The notes beneath the pieces were generated by a model. That model was not told the DNA's origin. It saw only the letters and a list, made by a program, of their open reading frames with translations, and did not search any database. A stretch of DNA of 60,860 nucleotides, counting the filler, from Nemertoderma westbladi (taxonomy: Eukaryota; Animalia; Xenacoelomorpha): the NCBI GenBank assembly GCA_032718475.1. It is 3 parts of 3 records of this genome, joined end to end, with 100 filler letters (N's around TTAATTAATTAA, not from the genome) between each part and the next. Parts side by side here need not be neighbours in the genome. Positions count along the whole stretch, not along the records: positions 27,089 to 50,081 come from JAUCBJ010004089.1; 2 more parts are not named here. One strand, 5' to 3'. A program made the position numbers and the translations under genes. This document shows positions 35,801 through 49,000 of the stretch, one piece after another; positions within the stretch are counted from its first letter, which is position 1; every line of letters begins with the position of its first letter.

Positions 35801-37679
35801 TAAACCGGCCTTAAGTTGGATAATTAAAACTTTGTGAGGTAAAGCTGAGCAGTTTTAATTGGCAACACGTTATACGGTTTATTTCCTGGGTGTTTTTCAT
35901 TGGCTGGCACTTTTGTGAGCACTTTTTATTGGCCGAATTTAATATTTTGCAGTTAATTTTTATATCCTGGGTTATTTTCATTGGTTGGATATTAATGACA
36001 GGGTTCACCGCCTACTACCTAATCACAATACTCAATGTGGGGAGCATATGTTCTCTCAACCTACCAAAGGAAGAAGAAGTCTGCTTAGATATGCGCCTCT
36101 TGCGTGAGTTCTGAGTATTATTATTATACTGTAGTTGTAAATCCAAGTATCTGTCTCTTTATAAATTTTTTTACAAATTTCCCATGGGGACAATGTATTA
36201 TAATAATATGTTCACTAAAGTGAAAATTATTCTAGTGGAAAAGTATTGCGTAACTGGGGAATTCCCTATAAAATAACTGCTATACTTTATTTCTATCCCA
36301 TAACAGATATCAATTCGTTATTGTTTTGGTTAGATTCAGCCCTTCTGTAATCTGGGTTTTTAGTGAAAACCTGTATTCTTAATTTGGGGATAAACTGCAA
36401 AGTGAAATATAACAGCAGAAAGAAATTTTACAAATTATTATTGGTAATTTGGGTGAAAGAGTGGTTTCATATATAATAATAACTTTTGTTTTTCAACGCA
36501 AGATATCAGGTAGTATTTCCAGGTCTACCTTTCGCCTGTGCCTCTAGCGGAACGGTTAGAGCGTCAAGCCTCCATCCTGGAGGTCGCCAGTTCGATCCCA
36601 CCCGGACGTCATTGCCGAATTTGCTAAGCGAAGCCGAATTCGCCCAACCAAGGTTATATTACCCTCTTGGCACATGAGAGGAATAAAGCAAAAGTTTTTT
36701 ATTTTAGAAATTAAAAATTTATTAATGTATATTTTTAGTTGTTGCCGATCCAGTAGCTAAAGACACACGATTTTGTTTATGGAAGGACAATTGCACAAAG
36801 TTCAATCTCATACAGGAAGGATACCTTAACATCTACTATATAGCTGCGTTTGTTGGTTCTGCAGTTTCAGTACTTGGCATGGTTAGTTTCAGATGGTCAT
36901 TGGCTTTAAATGTCAATGATTTTACTTGACAAAATCTCAACAGTAGTATGTATGTCAGAATGTCCGTATGTTTGTAAGTCTGTCTTTGTTATAAAAATGC
37001 AGGCAAACGGACATACAAACAGACAGACATAAAAAATTGCAATTTCAGAAAACCTAAACCACAGATGAATCCAGTTTATTTTTTAACAAAGATAATGAAG
37101 TGATTTACCGTGATTTAGGTCAATAACACTATTATTTTGCATTGAACGATCGTGTGATAGGTCAAAGAGCCCGCGAGATGGAAGTTTGCAATTTTTTCGT
37201 GTCCCTCTAGCGGCGACTGGTGGGATTAAAAATTTAACTAAAAAAAATCCTCACGATATGAAATTTTAAAAAAATATGTGAAGGGGGCGCTCCCCACCCC
37301 CTCCGCCCCCCTCTCCTCCTTAGAACGATGGTTGGAAATGTGAGTCTTTCTGTATGCGACTTTTTGGTGTTAAATGTTTTACAGGAGTTAGTTAGTTTAC
37401 AAACTAACTAGTTAATAAACGTAATAGTACACAATCGATTGATTGATTGATTGATTGAGCCCATAGGACTCGTATAATATCCAATATAATGATGTAATCA
37501 ATCATCGATTTAAACAAATTATTTTTCAGTGTCATTACATGATGGCGTTGTCTTCTAATTGGAGTTCAGTGAACCACCGCATTGAACAGGAAAAATATTT
37601 GTACAAAAAGGGAGTGGAGGAAAAAGAACTCAGTGACATCAACAGAAGAGCTATTGGCACAGACCAGTTGCGTTACTAG
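29813..37679 (+). CDS. M6: Myelin proteolipid/neuronal membrane glycoprotein M6 family protein, 266 aa, 6 exons
   Basis: Exons 29813-29834, 34884-35061, 35533-35689, 35953-36103, 36739-36881, 37530-37679; all GT-AG with consistent phases. CCKKVPVSSLIATLLTVVGTAVFCGG, VCLDMRLL, CHYMMALSSNW, EEKELSDI match GPM6A/PLP motifs. Four hydrophobic segments. Confidence 0.9.
30476..32210 (-). mobile_element. RTE family A LINE, decayed, in M6 intron 1
   Basis: ISIVAKLYNRILLNRIRDPIERLLRGNQNGFRKGR, VDFFKAFDSV, WKAHFEKLLN. Homologous to 10250-11697. Confidence 0.88.
31860..32043. repeat. 23-bp tandem repeat (GGGACACTTTTTGTTCCACAAAA, ~8 copies) derived from RTE coding sequence
   Basis: The unit occupies the position of TTTATAGAAGTAAAAGTGTC in the RTE copy near 10265. 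Confidence 0.9.
32493..34780. repeat. 47-bp minisatellite (GATCACTGTGCAGTATGGCAGTGCATGTTATTGTTTCTAGGTTTAGY), ~48 copies, in M6 intron 1
   Basis: Period measured between GATC at 32503 and 32550. Confidence 0.96.
35158..35383 (+). mobile_element. Second copy of the tRNA(Gly-like) Nin/Deu SINE, in M6 intron 2
   Basis: Collinear with 3601-3861. A-box TGGTCTAGTGG, B-box GATTCGATCCC. Confidence 0.85.
35725..35811. mobile_element. PIF/Harbinger (Tourist-like) MITE in M6 intron 3
   Basis: TIR AGGCCGTTTACACGTGGCAACTTT / AAAGTTGCCACGTGTAAACCGGCCT, flanked by TAA on both sides. Confidence 0.75.
36536..36692 (+). mobile_element. tRNA-derived SINE-like element in M6 intron 4
   Basis: A-box TAGCGGAACGG, B-box AGTTCGATCCC, ends near AATAAA. 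Confidence 0.5.
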
Positions 37680-38089
37680 GCAACCCTATGAACACGGTTT
37701 CTTGTTTCAAATACGCTAACTTTGTACTTTTTACTTATGTGGTCTGTTCAGAGTTACTGTATGTCAGCAATCACTGAGTGATACTCAGAAGAGCTGACAT
37801 TTACAAACTGAGACTCTTAAAGGCCCATTTATGTTCTTACATTAATAATAAGAAACCAGTTTATATTTTTAGACAGACATAAGAAAGTGAAAGGTCTTCC
37901 AGTGGAGTTGTATAATAATACATTAATTATTCCGTATTTCGATTTGCTAAAACTGAAAGTGAAACTTATTTAATGGCGTGATTATATATTTATTTAGTAA
38001 CTTGACTTGAATCTACTTAGATATTTAGCAACAATTGGTGCTGAAATACTAAATATCTAGCAGATAAAAAACAAGATGTTCAACAATTA

Positions 38090-38335
38090 CACCTAGGGGG
38101 GGGGTGGGGGGGGGGGGGGGGGTGGGCAATAAAATTCATCCCTCTCCACGGGAAATCGGACGCAAATAACAGCTGATTACTCTCAAAAATATAACTGTAA
38201 CCTGTTCTATTGTGCTTTAGTTTATTGTTTTGGTTAAAATAACGTGCCACTGTAACCTGCTCCTTTCCCTAAATTGTTAACATTGAGGCGGGATATTAAT
38301 TCACCAAGATGGGATTTGTGTCGAGTTTCCGCCAG
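38090..38335 (+). repeat. ~240-bp dispersed repeat (second copy at ~44200-44440)
   Basis: Both read ACCT(G-run)...AATAAAATTCATCCCTCTCCA...GTTTATTGTTTTGGTTAAAATAACGTGCC...TTGAGGCGGGA. Confidence 0.8.
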
Positions 38336-38589
38336 TTTAAGATTTTGTAAAACCTTTCTTTCAAATGAGCCATAAATATTCACATTTGGTTGAAAAATAG
38401 CGGAGTAGCAATTAAATTGAGAAATTAAAAGATGTCATTCCGAGATAATTGCCTTCAAAGTTTGAACCTTCCAACTCCATACTGTGTGTCTGGGGTCTGT
38501 CTATCGTTTAGTATTGTGTGTAAATGAGAAAACCATCTAGCTGGAATTTTAATCGCGGGGGTTTTCGTGGTCGGTGTTTTTATGTTTGG

Positions 38590-38639
38590 TGAGCTGAGCT
38601 GAGCTGAGCTGAGCTGAGCTGAGCTTGAGCTGAGCTGAG
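38590..38639. repeat. (GAGCT)n pentamer microsatellite
   Basis: Direct reading. Confidence 0.9.
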
Positions 38640-39454
38640 AAATTATATTCATATCACAATAATATTTTAATCCTTTTTTCTATCCCGATTAGATCTCCAG
38701 AAATGGGATAAAAAAGTCATCCATTATTGTATTTTTTTCATGGGTCAAATATAGACCGTCAAAAATTTCCTTTGAGTACAAAAAAAACAATAGGCCTACC
38801 TCGATAATTCCAGAACAATTACTCAGAACGCTAAGAGGACCACCATTTCTAATACTCATATTAGACCGAGGTCCGAATGGGACGAAGGTATAGTTGGAGA
38901 TAAATAAGTGGCACGTTATTCTAACCAAAACAATAAACGAGAGTCAGTCTCACAGTTTCACACAAGACGAACAGTCACACAGTCGTTTTACAAGACGAAG
39001 CAGAATGGTCAAGTCTTATTCGGACTTATTCGTTCCTATTTGACAAACTATTTGTCTCAACATGAAAATTATGAATTGGGGGTAAATACCATAATTTTCC
39101 TATTAATTATTTACAGCTGTAAAGTAAATATATATATAACTGAATTGATTAGAAATCTACCAGTGCGAACCACTGCAATATTTGTTATCAACTCAATGTT
39201 TGTCTTCTGGTCAAATACCTATTTTCTGTATCTGATTTGTCCAGTAGGGTGGGATTGTTCGAAAGTTTTGCGCAGAAGGTTGGGTCTGCCAATGTTCGGT
39301 ATGGACTGTTTATCCACATTATTGTCCATTTCGGATTATTTTGTCCATAATGTCCGAACACTTCGATTAATATTAGTCGTCAGCATCGCAAGTAATCACA
39401 ATATTTGCACAAGCCGCGGCCCTCCTAGTTCCATTATTGGAGTTGGTTTTCCCT

Positions 39455-42400
39455 TTATTTTGTTTTACCAGTTCCACAGCGGGGGGCCAGCTGGGGGGCG
39501 GGCCGAGGATACCCTGGCCAGTCCAGTCCACGTGGGATCCCCAGAGGCCGTTGGCAGAGTCCCCAACTCCTGTGGTCGTACAAGTAGGGCGAGTCGAACT
39601 GGGTGGGGGCGAATAACGGAACCGGGGGGAGAGGGAACATGGGGGGAATGGGAGGGGGCAATGGTGGGGGGCCGGGGTGGTGGAGGGGAGGCGGGGGGAT
39701 AGGGGGGAAGGGGGGAGGGGATTCCGAGTGCGGGAGTGGAGTCACCGTTGCCACGGACACGTCCGTCTGCGTTCCAGAACGTTCCTCCGTCAAGTCCAAC
39801 CGCCCGTTTATCTTTATGACTTTCGCCGACGATTCATCCAGAACTTTATCTTCTACGGTCGAACTTTTATCACCGAAAGTCAGTTTCATCGGATATTTTC
39901 GACTGCGTTTCTTCCCCAATGAATTTGTATCATTAACTGAAAAACGTTTAGAAAAAATTAAATAAACTTAATTTAGGCTATAGAACCCAAAAACAGTTAA
40001 ATCGTCAAAAGATATTTATAAATATATCCAACTAATAACCTTTCAATATTCAAAATGTACTAAGGACCTTTTTTGTACGTTACATTACAATAAAATATAT
40101 GCCATCTATGAGAATGCCTTCATTAAAATCTTAAAACTAAACCAGAACATTTAGTTTACTGTAATAGCTGTTTATTCTGTGCTTACTACAGGGGTTAACC
40201 ATCTAGATAGACAAACACCCACCTTTCTGTCTCACCGGCGACTTCCAAACAAACCCCTCATCAGATAATTCTCCGCTCTCTCGACTTTCATCACTCTCAT
40301 AGTCGACTGATATATCTTCTACTGCAACACAGAAACAAACAATGTACCGGTATAAAGGTATTGTCCAACATAACATATAGGATTACCCCTAAAGCTTTGC
40401 AGCTTATTTCCAAGGGGGTCCTTCATATTTTATTAAAATTTTCATTAAATAAATAATGTTCAAGCCTGTCCTTCCCTTTTGAGTAAAAAAAACTTTTTGA
40501 GTTTCGACTACAATTACTTTAAATAACTATTTGCCACGAACGCTGCAACTGCAGCATAATTTCCTAATTATTACCAATTACAATATTCTCAATATAGCTA
40601 TACGAACAGAACCTTTCTCTACACTTTCTGCTGTATCATTAACGCTATCTTCTTCTATCTCGGAACCATCTGCAACCCATTGATTCGCGGATGCAAGCAT
40701 CGCTACCCGCCGACTTACAGCGCGACTTACAACAGCGGCCGCGTTGACGCTGATACATTTAACGGCGGTTTCCAAACCGAATAACGTCGATAAATTGACA
40801 ACGTCAATGTAACCTCGCAAGTCCAGTGGACTGTAAGCGCCTACAATGGAAACAAATAAACAGTTATGGAATGGAATCAAATGGACTGTAAGCGCCTACA
40901 ATGGTAACAAATAAACAGTTATGGAATGGAATCAAATGGAGTGTAAGCGCCTACAATGGAAACAAATAAACAGTTATGGAATGGAATCAAATGGACTGTA
41001 AGCGCCTACAATGGAAACAAATAAACAGTTATGGGATGGAATCAAATGGGGTGTAAGCGCCTACAATGGAAACAAATATACAGTTATGGAATGGAATCAA
41101 ATGGACTGTAAGCGCCTACAATGTAAACAAATAAACAGTTATGGAATGGAATCAAATGGACTGTAAGCGCCTACAATGGAAACAAATAAACAGTTATGGA
41201 ATGGAATCAAATGGACTGTAAGCGCCTACAATGGAAACAAATAAACAGTTATGGAATGGAATCAAATGGACTGTAAGCGCCTACAATGGAAACAAATAAA
41301 CAGTTATGGAATGGAATCCAATGGACTGTAAGCGCCTACAATGGAAACAAATAAACAGTTATGGAATGGAATCAAATGGACAGTAAGCGCCTACAATGGA
41401 AACAAATAAACAGTTATGGAATGGAATGGAATCAAATGGAGTGTAAGCGCCTACAATGGAAACAAATAAACAGTTATGGAATGGAATCAAATGGAGTGTA
41501 AGCGCCTACAATGGTAACAAATAAACAGTTATGGAATGGAATCAAATGGAGTGTAAGCGCCTACAATGGAAACAAATAAACAGTTATGGAATGGAATCAA
41601 ATGGACTGTAAGCGCCTACAATGGAAACAAATAAACAGTTATGGAATGGAATGGAATCAAATGGACTGTAAGCGCCTACAATGGAAACAAATAAACAGTT
41701 GTGGAATGGAATCAAATGGACTGTAAGCGCCTACAATGGAAACAAATAAACAGTTATGGAATGTAATGGAATCAAATGGACTGTAAGCGCCTACAATGGA
41801 AACAAATAAACAGTTATGGAATGGAATCAAATGGACTGTAAGCGCCTACAATGGAAACAAATAAACAGTTATGGAATGGAATCAAATGGACTGTAAGCGC
41901 CTACAATGGAAACAAATAAACAGTTATGGAATGGAATCAAATGGACTGTAAGCGCCTACAATGGAAACAAATAAACAGTTATGGAATGGAATCAAATGGA
42001 CTGTAAGCGCCTACAATGGAAACAAATAAACAGTTATGGAATGGAATCAAATGGACTGTAAGCGCCTACAATGGAAACAAATAAACAGTTATGGAATGGA
42101 ATCAAATGGACTGTAAGCGCCTACAATGGAAACAAATAAACAGTTATGGAATGGAATCAAATGGACTGTAAGCGCCTACAATGGAAACAAATAAACAGTT
42201 ATGGAATGGAATCAAATGGACTGTAAGCGCCTACAATGGAAACAAATATACAGTTATGGAATGGAATCAAATGGACTGTAAGCGCCTACAATGGAAACAA
42301 ATAAACAGTTATGGAATGGAATCAAATGGACTGTAAGCGCTTACAATGGAAACAAATAAACAGTTATGGAATGGAATCAAATGGACTGTAAGCGCCTACA

Positions 42401-44708
42401 ATGGAAACAAATAAACAGTTATGGAATGGAATCAAATGGACTGACTACAAGCACGTGGTTCCGTTTACACAACAACCCGGAAGTCATTATTGCATCATTG
42501 TGGTTCGGTTTACACAACTAACCGGAAGTCAGTTCAGTATTACACCATTGTGTTTCCGTTTACACAACTAACCGGAAGTTAGTATTACACCATTGTGGTT
42601 CCGTTTACACAACTAACCGGAAGTCAGTATTACACCCTTATAGTTCCGTTTACACAACTAACCGGAAGTCAGTATTACACCATTGTGGTTCCGTTTACAC
42701 AACTAACCGGAAGTTAGTATTACACCATTGTGGTTCCGTTTACAGCCTCTGAGTAATTCCGAAACGGCTGACACTGTCTGACGTCTAGAGGCACTGTCCC
42801 TTAAACACGCACCATATTCGATCTCGATGGCAACACCACGTTGCAAGGCTTCACAGATCAGTTGTGGCTTAACGACGAATTGTAACTTATTGGCGAAATC
42901 GATCGATATGATATCGAAAGGAAGTTCTTCGGTTGCCAATGAAAAACCTGAGAAACACAATATTGAATATTTAGAAATCCTAGCAGTGACATCCGTAGCT
43001 AGACGAAACACAAAACGTCGGAAAACAAAATACTAAAAGCTCTAAATCTCAATCTAAAAGCTCAATTTATCGTTGATGACAAGATGATTTCCAGAACCTA
43101 ATGTATTTATTCTCCACTTTTAGATGAACTTTGCGATTCGCTCATAAGGTAAAAATATAACAACTTTTATTAAAAATGTTATAATATCGACTTATTGATT
43201 TAGAGAGAGTACCCCACAGCATTCATGGACTAAGTAAATCTCAATGGAACACCGCAGTGCTGGTGATTGTATTACCTTTGCTATCGATAGGTCTGACTGC
43301 GATAATGTCGTATTTAGAGAGGTTAGCTGGAATCCGTTCGGTAAGACGATGGAACAGGGAACTATCGTCCATAACCACTGTAATTCGGTTGAGAACGCTG
43401 AACACGGACCTCTTACGTTGCGACGCAGGGAGGAACTCCGCATTATTTAGTTCCGCGTTCCAATCGTGTGGTTCCGGGTAGGCTGACATTAAACGTTCCC
43501 TCTCCGAAAGCGCACGCTGTTTATCCGCGTTCTAGAATATAATTAATAAATAAAACAGGCGACAGTTACTATGGAGATAATTAAGGGAATAAGTTGTTCT
43601 TCTACTCCATCGTGCAGTCGCTCGAGTGAAGAAAAGTACTGGTAGAGAGTAGACAAATTTATTTGTTTGTATTATTTGAGTGTTGTTTCACCCTTCTCAT
43701 AGGGTTAATGTTAAATTCATATTGAAAAATTAGTGCCTAGAAGTAAACATTTTACTGTAAACTGTGTTCCTAAATTTAGTTTATTGTTTTGGTTAGAATA
43801 GTCTGCCATTAAAACCTGCTACTTTCCTTTAAAAGTTACCTTCAATTGTGAATATCGAAATAAAATATTCGCGAAATTAAGTTAATTATGTTAAAATAGG
43901 TTGAAACGACACCCCAATTGGTAATATGCTACCAGTAGATAATAAAATTATAATATTGAAACCTTAGATTATATAAGATTTAGAATAATTTTGAACAATT
44001 AGAATAATTTATAAGATCTAGGAGATTTAGCGCCATAAAGTGGACAAACTATCGCTGACAAGTGCTGCCTACGTTGAATACCGGTATCTGTGTGAATTAT
44101 TTGCGATATTTATTGAGACAATTTTCTTTCATATTTTGATACTTAGAAGACATGGATGGTCACTTATAAAAATAATTACGTACAACGCTATGTATCACAA
44201 TACCTCGGGGGGTGGGGGAACTGGACGCAATAAAAATTCATCCCTCTCCAGGGGAAATTGGACGCAAATAACAGATGATTACTCTCAAAAATAAAACTGT
44301 AACATGTTCTATTGTGTTTAGTTTATTGTTTTGGTTAAAATAACGTGCCTCTGTAACCTGCTCATTTCCCTAAATTGATAATTTTACATTTGAGGCGGGA
44401 AATTAATTCGCCATCGCCAAGGCTGGTTTTGCGTCCAGTTTCCCTCCCCCCTGTCTCCCTGTTCCATATTGACCAACTAAAATTAAATAAATCAACGTAC
44501 AATACTTGAACAGGTGGTTCTGTAACATTTACCCCTAGTTAGACTAGTAGATTACCTTTTGAATATGTTTTTCTGAACTTAAATGCACAATGGAATTGAG
44601 AGCAACAACCTTGTAGCCCAGCCTATACGCGGTTTCCAATAATCTCATCACCTTGTCAGAGACATAGTCCTTGGGCAGTATCACATTTAAGTCGTAGTAA
44701 TTAGTCAT
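39455..44708 (-). CDS. RPP30: RNase P/MRP protein subunit p30, predicted 485 aa with C-terminal extension, 6 exons
   Basis: Exons 44708-44556, 43531-43276, 42947-42708, 40840-40613, 40321-40223, 39936-39455 with consistent phases. YYDLNV, ETAYRLGYKVVALN, VLNRITVV, YDIIAVRP, ALQRGVAIEIEY, VILTSGAYSPLDLRGYIDVVNLSTLFGL match RPP30. The last two exons are less certain (weak GTTCTG donor; alternative stop at 40578). Confidence 0.88.
40827..42444. repeat. 55-bp tandem array (~29 copies) of the RPP30 intron-3 acceptor/exon-4 junction
   Basis: Minus-strand unit ...ATAACTGTTTATTTGTTTCCATTGTAG|GCGCTTACAGTCCA. Confidence 0.96.
42455..42745. repeat. 45-bp tandem array (~6 copies) of the RPP30 exon-3/intron-3 donor junction
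   Basis: Minus-strand unit GTAAACGGAACCACAATGGTGTAATACTRACTTCCG|GTTAGTTGT. Confidence 0.93.
44200..44440 (+). repeat. ~240-bp dispersed repeat in RPP30 intron 1
   Basis: Near-identical to 38090-38335. Confidence 0.8.
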
Positions 44709-45799
44709 ACCGCTTGTTAAATCTACCTTCCTTCCATTAAAATAATTAAAACGTCAGTATAATAATATTAGATACATAAGATGTATAATAGACAGATAGG
44801 AGACAGCTTACTGTATGGTAAAAGGGCGTAAAGAAGTCTAGCCTCACAGATGCTATCGTTAAATCATTGATTAAATAAATAAACGTTGATGGAGATTAGC
44901 CGAGGTATGTGTCCTGTAGCTGTCAATGCCTTCATGTGGGGCGAGCCACGAAGTAATGTAATCGTTAGCTCAGTAAGGGATGCATTAAAAACCAACCGTT
45001 CTGTAGTTCCGAATATTAGAACGATAATAATCCTCGATGACATAAAATCAAACTTAATACCGGTACTTCATGTATTCTGTCAAAAGTTTTGAAGACAATT
45101 TGTGTGGGGTGAATATGTAATTTACCAGAGTTCCGCTAGAGGGCGAAATGCATGGAAACGAAAACGTATCCCTTTTCTTTATTTATAAACCGTTCAAGAT
45201 GAAACTTGCCAAATACGCACTAGACCACAAACCGAGACTAATCCGTTAAAGCGCTAACTTTGCGACTCGACCTTTCTGAGTACGCTGATCGATGCTCAGT
45301 ACTGTCGTTCCAATAATTGTACTTCTTCCATTGCGGGGCAAGCCACGAAGTAAGGTGAGACTTTCCATAAGGGTACTATGATTTAACCGGTCTGGTGTCT
45401 GTGAGTTAAACGATGGTGAATGGCGATACACGAAAGTATACATTCATAATAATAAAATTATTTTGTCATGTCAATCAATACGTTAGTCAATCGTTAATCA
45501 ATATGTTAGTCAATAATACAATTACTATTGTACATCTACCTACACGGTATTAATAACGAAGGCCTAAGGTTATCGGTAAACCCGTGACACAGAAGTAACT
45601 GTCTCTCTTGTCTGTTACCTGTAAGCCAAGGAGACCGTCTCTACTCTCTCTCTCTCATTCTCACTGTCCAACCATTATTCTCTTTACTTACTTTCCCCAC
45701 CCCCTGCATGGCCAGGTTTCCATTACACTTGGTCTGCTCGAACACCACGAACTTCTGGTTGGACGACCGGTGCTCTATCTATCCATAATCGGCTCCATT

Positions 45800-45935
45800 G
45801 CTGTTATATTAAGAATGCTAAAATCTTATAAACAAAATTGCGCCGCCACAACTCCCTATTACCCCAGACTTTCGCACGCTTATCCGCATCTTCAAGGTCA
45901 CTGTCCTTTAAGAGGTGTCTCAAGAAAGTCATTAC
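45800..45935 (-). mobile_element. RTE family A 3' fragment
   Basis: CAAAATTGCGCCGCCACAACTCCCTAT...CCGCATCTTCAAGG...GTCCTTTAAGA matches 50346-50450. Confidence 0.7.
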
Positions 45936-46019
45936 ATGGCCACATAAAGCGCAAGATCGAATAAGTACCAAGCTTGGGAAACCTACAATGCTCTAGAGTG
46001 TCTGATTGGAGAGGACTCA

Positions 46020-49000
46020 CATCTAACTATCCTACAGCTACACAGACGGCTCCATCTAACTATCCTGCAGCTACACAGACGGCTCCATCTAACTATCCCA
46101 CAGCTACACAGACGACTCCATCTAACTATCCTACAGCTACACAGACGGCTCAATCTAACTATCCTGCAGCTACACAGACGGCTCCATCTAACTATCCCAC
46201 AGCTACACAGACGGCTCCATCTAACTATCCTGCAGCTACACAGACGGCTCCATCTAACTATCCTACAGCTACACAGACGGCTCCATCTAACTATCCTACA
46301 GCTACAGAGACGGTTCCATCTAACTATCCTACAGCTACACAGGCGGCTCCATCTAACTATCCTACAGCTACAGAGACGGCTCCATCTAACTCTCCTACAG
46401 CTACAGAGACGGTTCCATCTAACTATCCTACAGCTACACAGACGGCTCCATCTAACTATCCTACAGCTACACAGACGGTTCCATCTAACTATCCTACAGC
46501 TACACAGACGGCTCCATCTAACTATCCTACAGCTACACAGACGGCTCCATCTAACTATCCTACAGCTACACAGACGGTTCCATCTAACTATCCTACAGCT
46601 ACACAGACGGCTCCATCTAACTATCCTACAGCTACACAGACGGCTCCATCTAACTATCCTACAGCTACACAGACGGCTCCAACTAACTATCCTACAGCTA
46701 CAGAGACGGCACCATCTAACTATCCTACAGCTACACAGACGGCTCCTTCTAACTATCCTACAGCTACACAGACGGCTCCATCGAACTATCCTACAGCTAC
46801 AGAGACGGTTCCATCTAACTATCATACAGCTACACAGACGGCTCAATCTAACTATCCTACAGCTACACAGACGGCTCCATCTAACTATCCTACAGCTACA
46901 CAGACGGCTCAATCTAACTATCCTACAGCTACACAGACGGCTCCATCTAACTATCCTACAGCTACACAGACGGTTCCATCTAACTATCCTACAGCTACAC
47001 AGACGGCTCCATCTAACTATCCTACAGCTACACAGACGGCTCAATCTAACTATCCTACAGCTACACAGACGGCTCCATCTAACTATCCTACAGCTACAGA
47101 GACGGCTCCATCTAACTATCCTACAGCTACACAGACGGCTCCATCTAACTATCCTACAGCTACAGAGACGGCTCCATCTAACTATCCTACAGCTACACAG
47201 ACGGCTCCATCTAACTATCCTACAGCTACACAGACGGTTCCATCTAACTATCCTACAGCTACACAGACGGCTCCATCTAACTATCCTACAGCTACAGAGG
47301 CGGCTCCATCTAACTATCCTACAGCTACACAGACGGCTCCATCGAACTATCCTACAGCTACAGAGACGGTTCCATCTAACTATCCTACAGCTACACAGAC
47401 GGTTCCATCTAACTATCCTACAGCTATAGAGACGGTTCCATCTAACTATCCTACAGCTACACAGACGGCTCAATCTAACTATCCTACAGCTACACAGACG
47501 GCTCATTCTAACTATCCTACAGCTATAGACGGTTCCATCTAACTATCCTACAGCTACACAGACGGTTCCATCTAACTATCCTACAGCTATAGAGACGGTT
47601 CCATCTAACTATCCTACAGCTACACAGACGGCTCAATCTAACTATCCTACAGCTACACAGACGGCTCCATCTAACTATCCTACAGCTACACAGACGGCTC
47701 CATCTAACTATCATACAGCTACACAGACGGCTCAATCTAACTATCCTACAGCTACACAGACGGCTCCATCTAACTATCCTACAGCTACACAGACGGCTCA
47801 ATCTAACTATCCTACAGCTACACAGACGGCTCCATCTAACTATCCTACAGCTACACAGACGGTTCCATCGAACTATCCTACAGCTACACAGACGGCTCCA
47901 TCTAACTATCCTACAGCTACACAGACGGTTCCATCTAACTATCCTACAGCTACACAGACGGCTCCATCTAACTATCCTACAGCTACACAGACGGCTCCAT
48001 CTAACTATCCTACAGCTACACAGACGGCTCCATCTAACTATCCTACAGCTACATATACGGCTCCATCTAACTATCCTACAGCTACACAGACGGCTCCATC
48101 TAACTATCCTACAGCTACACAGACGGCTCCATCTAACTATCCTACAGCTACACAGACGGCTCAATCTAACTATCCTACAGCTACAGAGACGGCTCCATCT
48201 AACTATCCTACAGCTACACAGACGGCTCCATCTAACTATCCTACAGCTACACAGACGGTTCCATCTAACTATCCTACAGCTACACAGACGGCTCCATCTA
48301 ACTATCCTACAGCTACAGAGACGGCTCCATCTAACTATCCTACAGCTACACAGACGGACCCATCTAACTATCCTATAGCTACACAGACGGCTCCATCTAA
48401 CTATCCTACAGCTACACAGACGGCACCATCTAACTATCCTACAGCTACACAGACGGCTCCATCTAACTATCCTACAGCTACACAGACGGCTCAATCTAAC
48501 TATCCTACAGCTACACAGACGGCTCCATCTAACTATCCTACAGCTACAGAGACGGCTCCATCTAACTATCCTACAGCTACACAGACGGCTCCATCTAACT
48601 ATCCTACAGCTACATATACGGCTCCATCTAACTATCCTACAGCTACACAGACGGCTCCATCTAACTATCCTACAGCTACACAGACGGCTCCATCTAACTA
48701 TCCTACAGCTACACAGACGGCTCAATCTAACTATCCTACAGCTACAGAGACGGCTCCATCTAACTATCCTACAGCTACACAGACGGCTCCATCTAACTAT
48801 CCTACAGCTACACAGACGGTTCCATCTAACTATCCTACAGCTACACAGACGGCTCCATCTAACTATCCTACAGCTACACAGACGGACCCATCTAACTATC
48901 CTATAGCTACACAGACGGCTCCATCTAACTATCCTACAGCTACACAGACGGCACCATCTAACTATCCTACAGCTACACAGACGGTTCCATCTAACTATCC

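Noticed and set aside
38908-39965. Plus-strand Gly-rich ORFs (38908-39702, 39603-39965)
   Set aside because: Antisense shadows of the proline-rich RPP30 last exon.
32493-42745. CRISPR-like appearance of regular repeats
   Set aside because: Units are contiguous with no unique spacers, there are no cas genes, and the context is eukaryotic.
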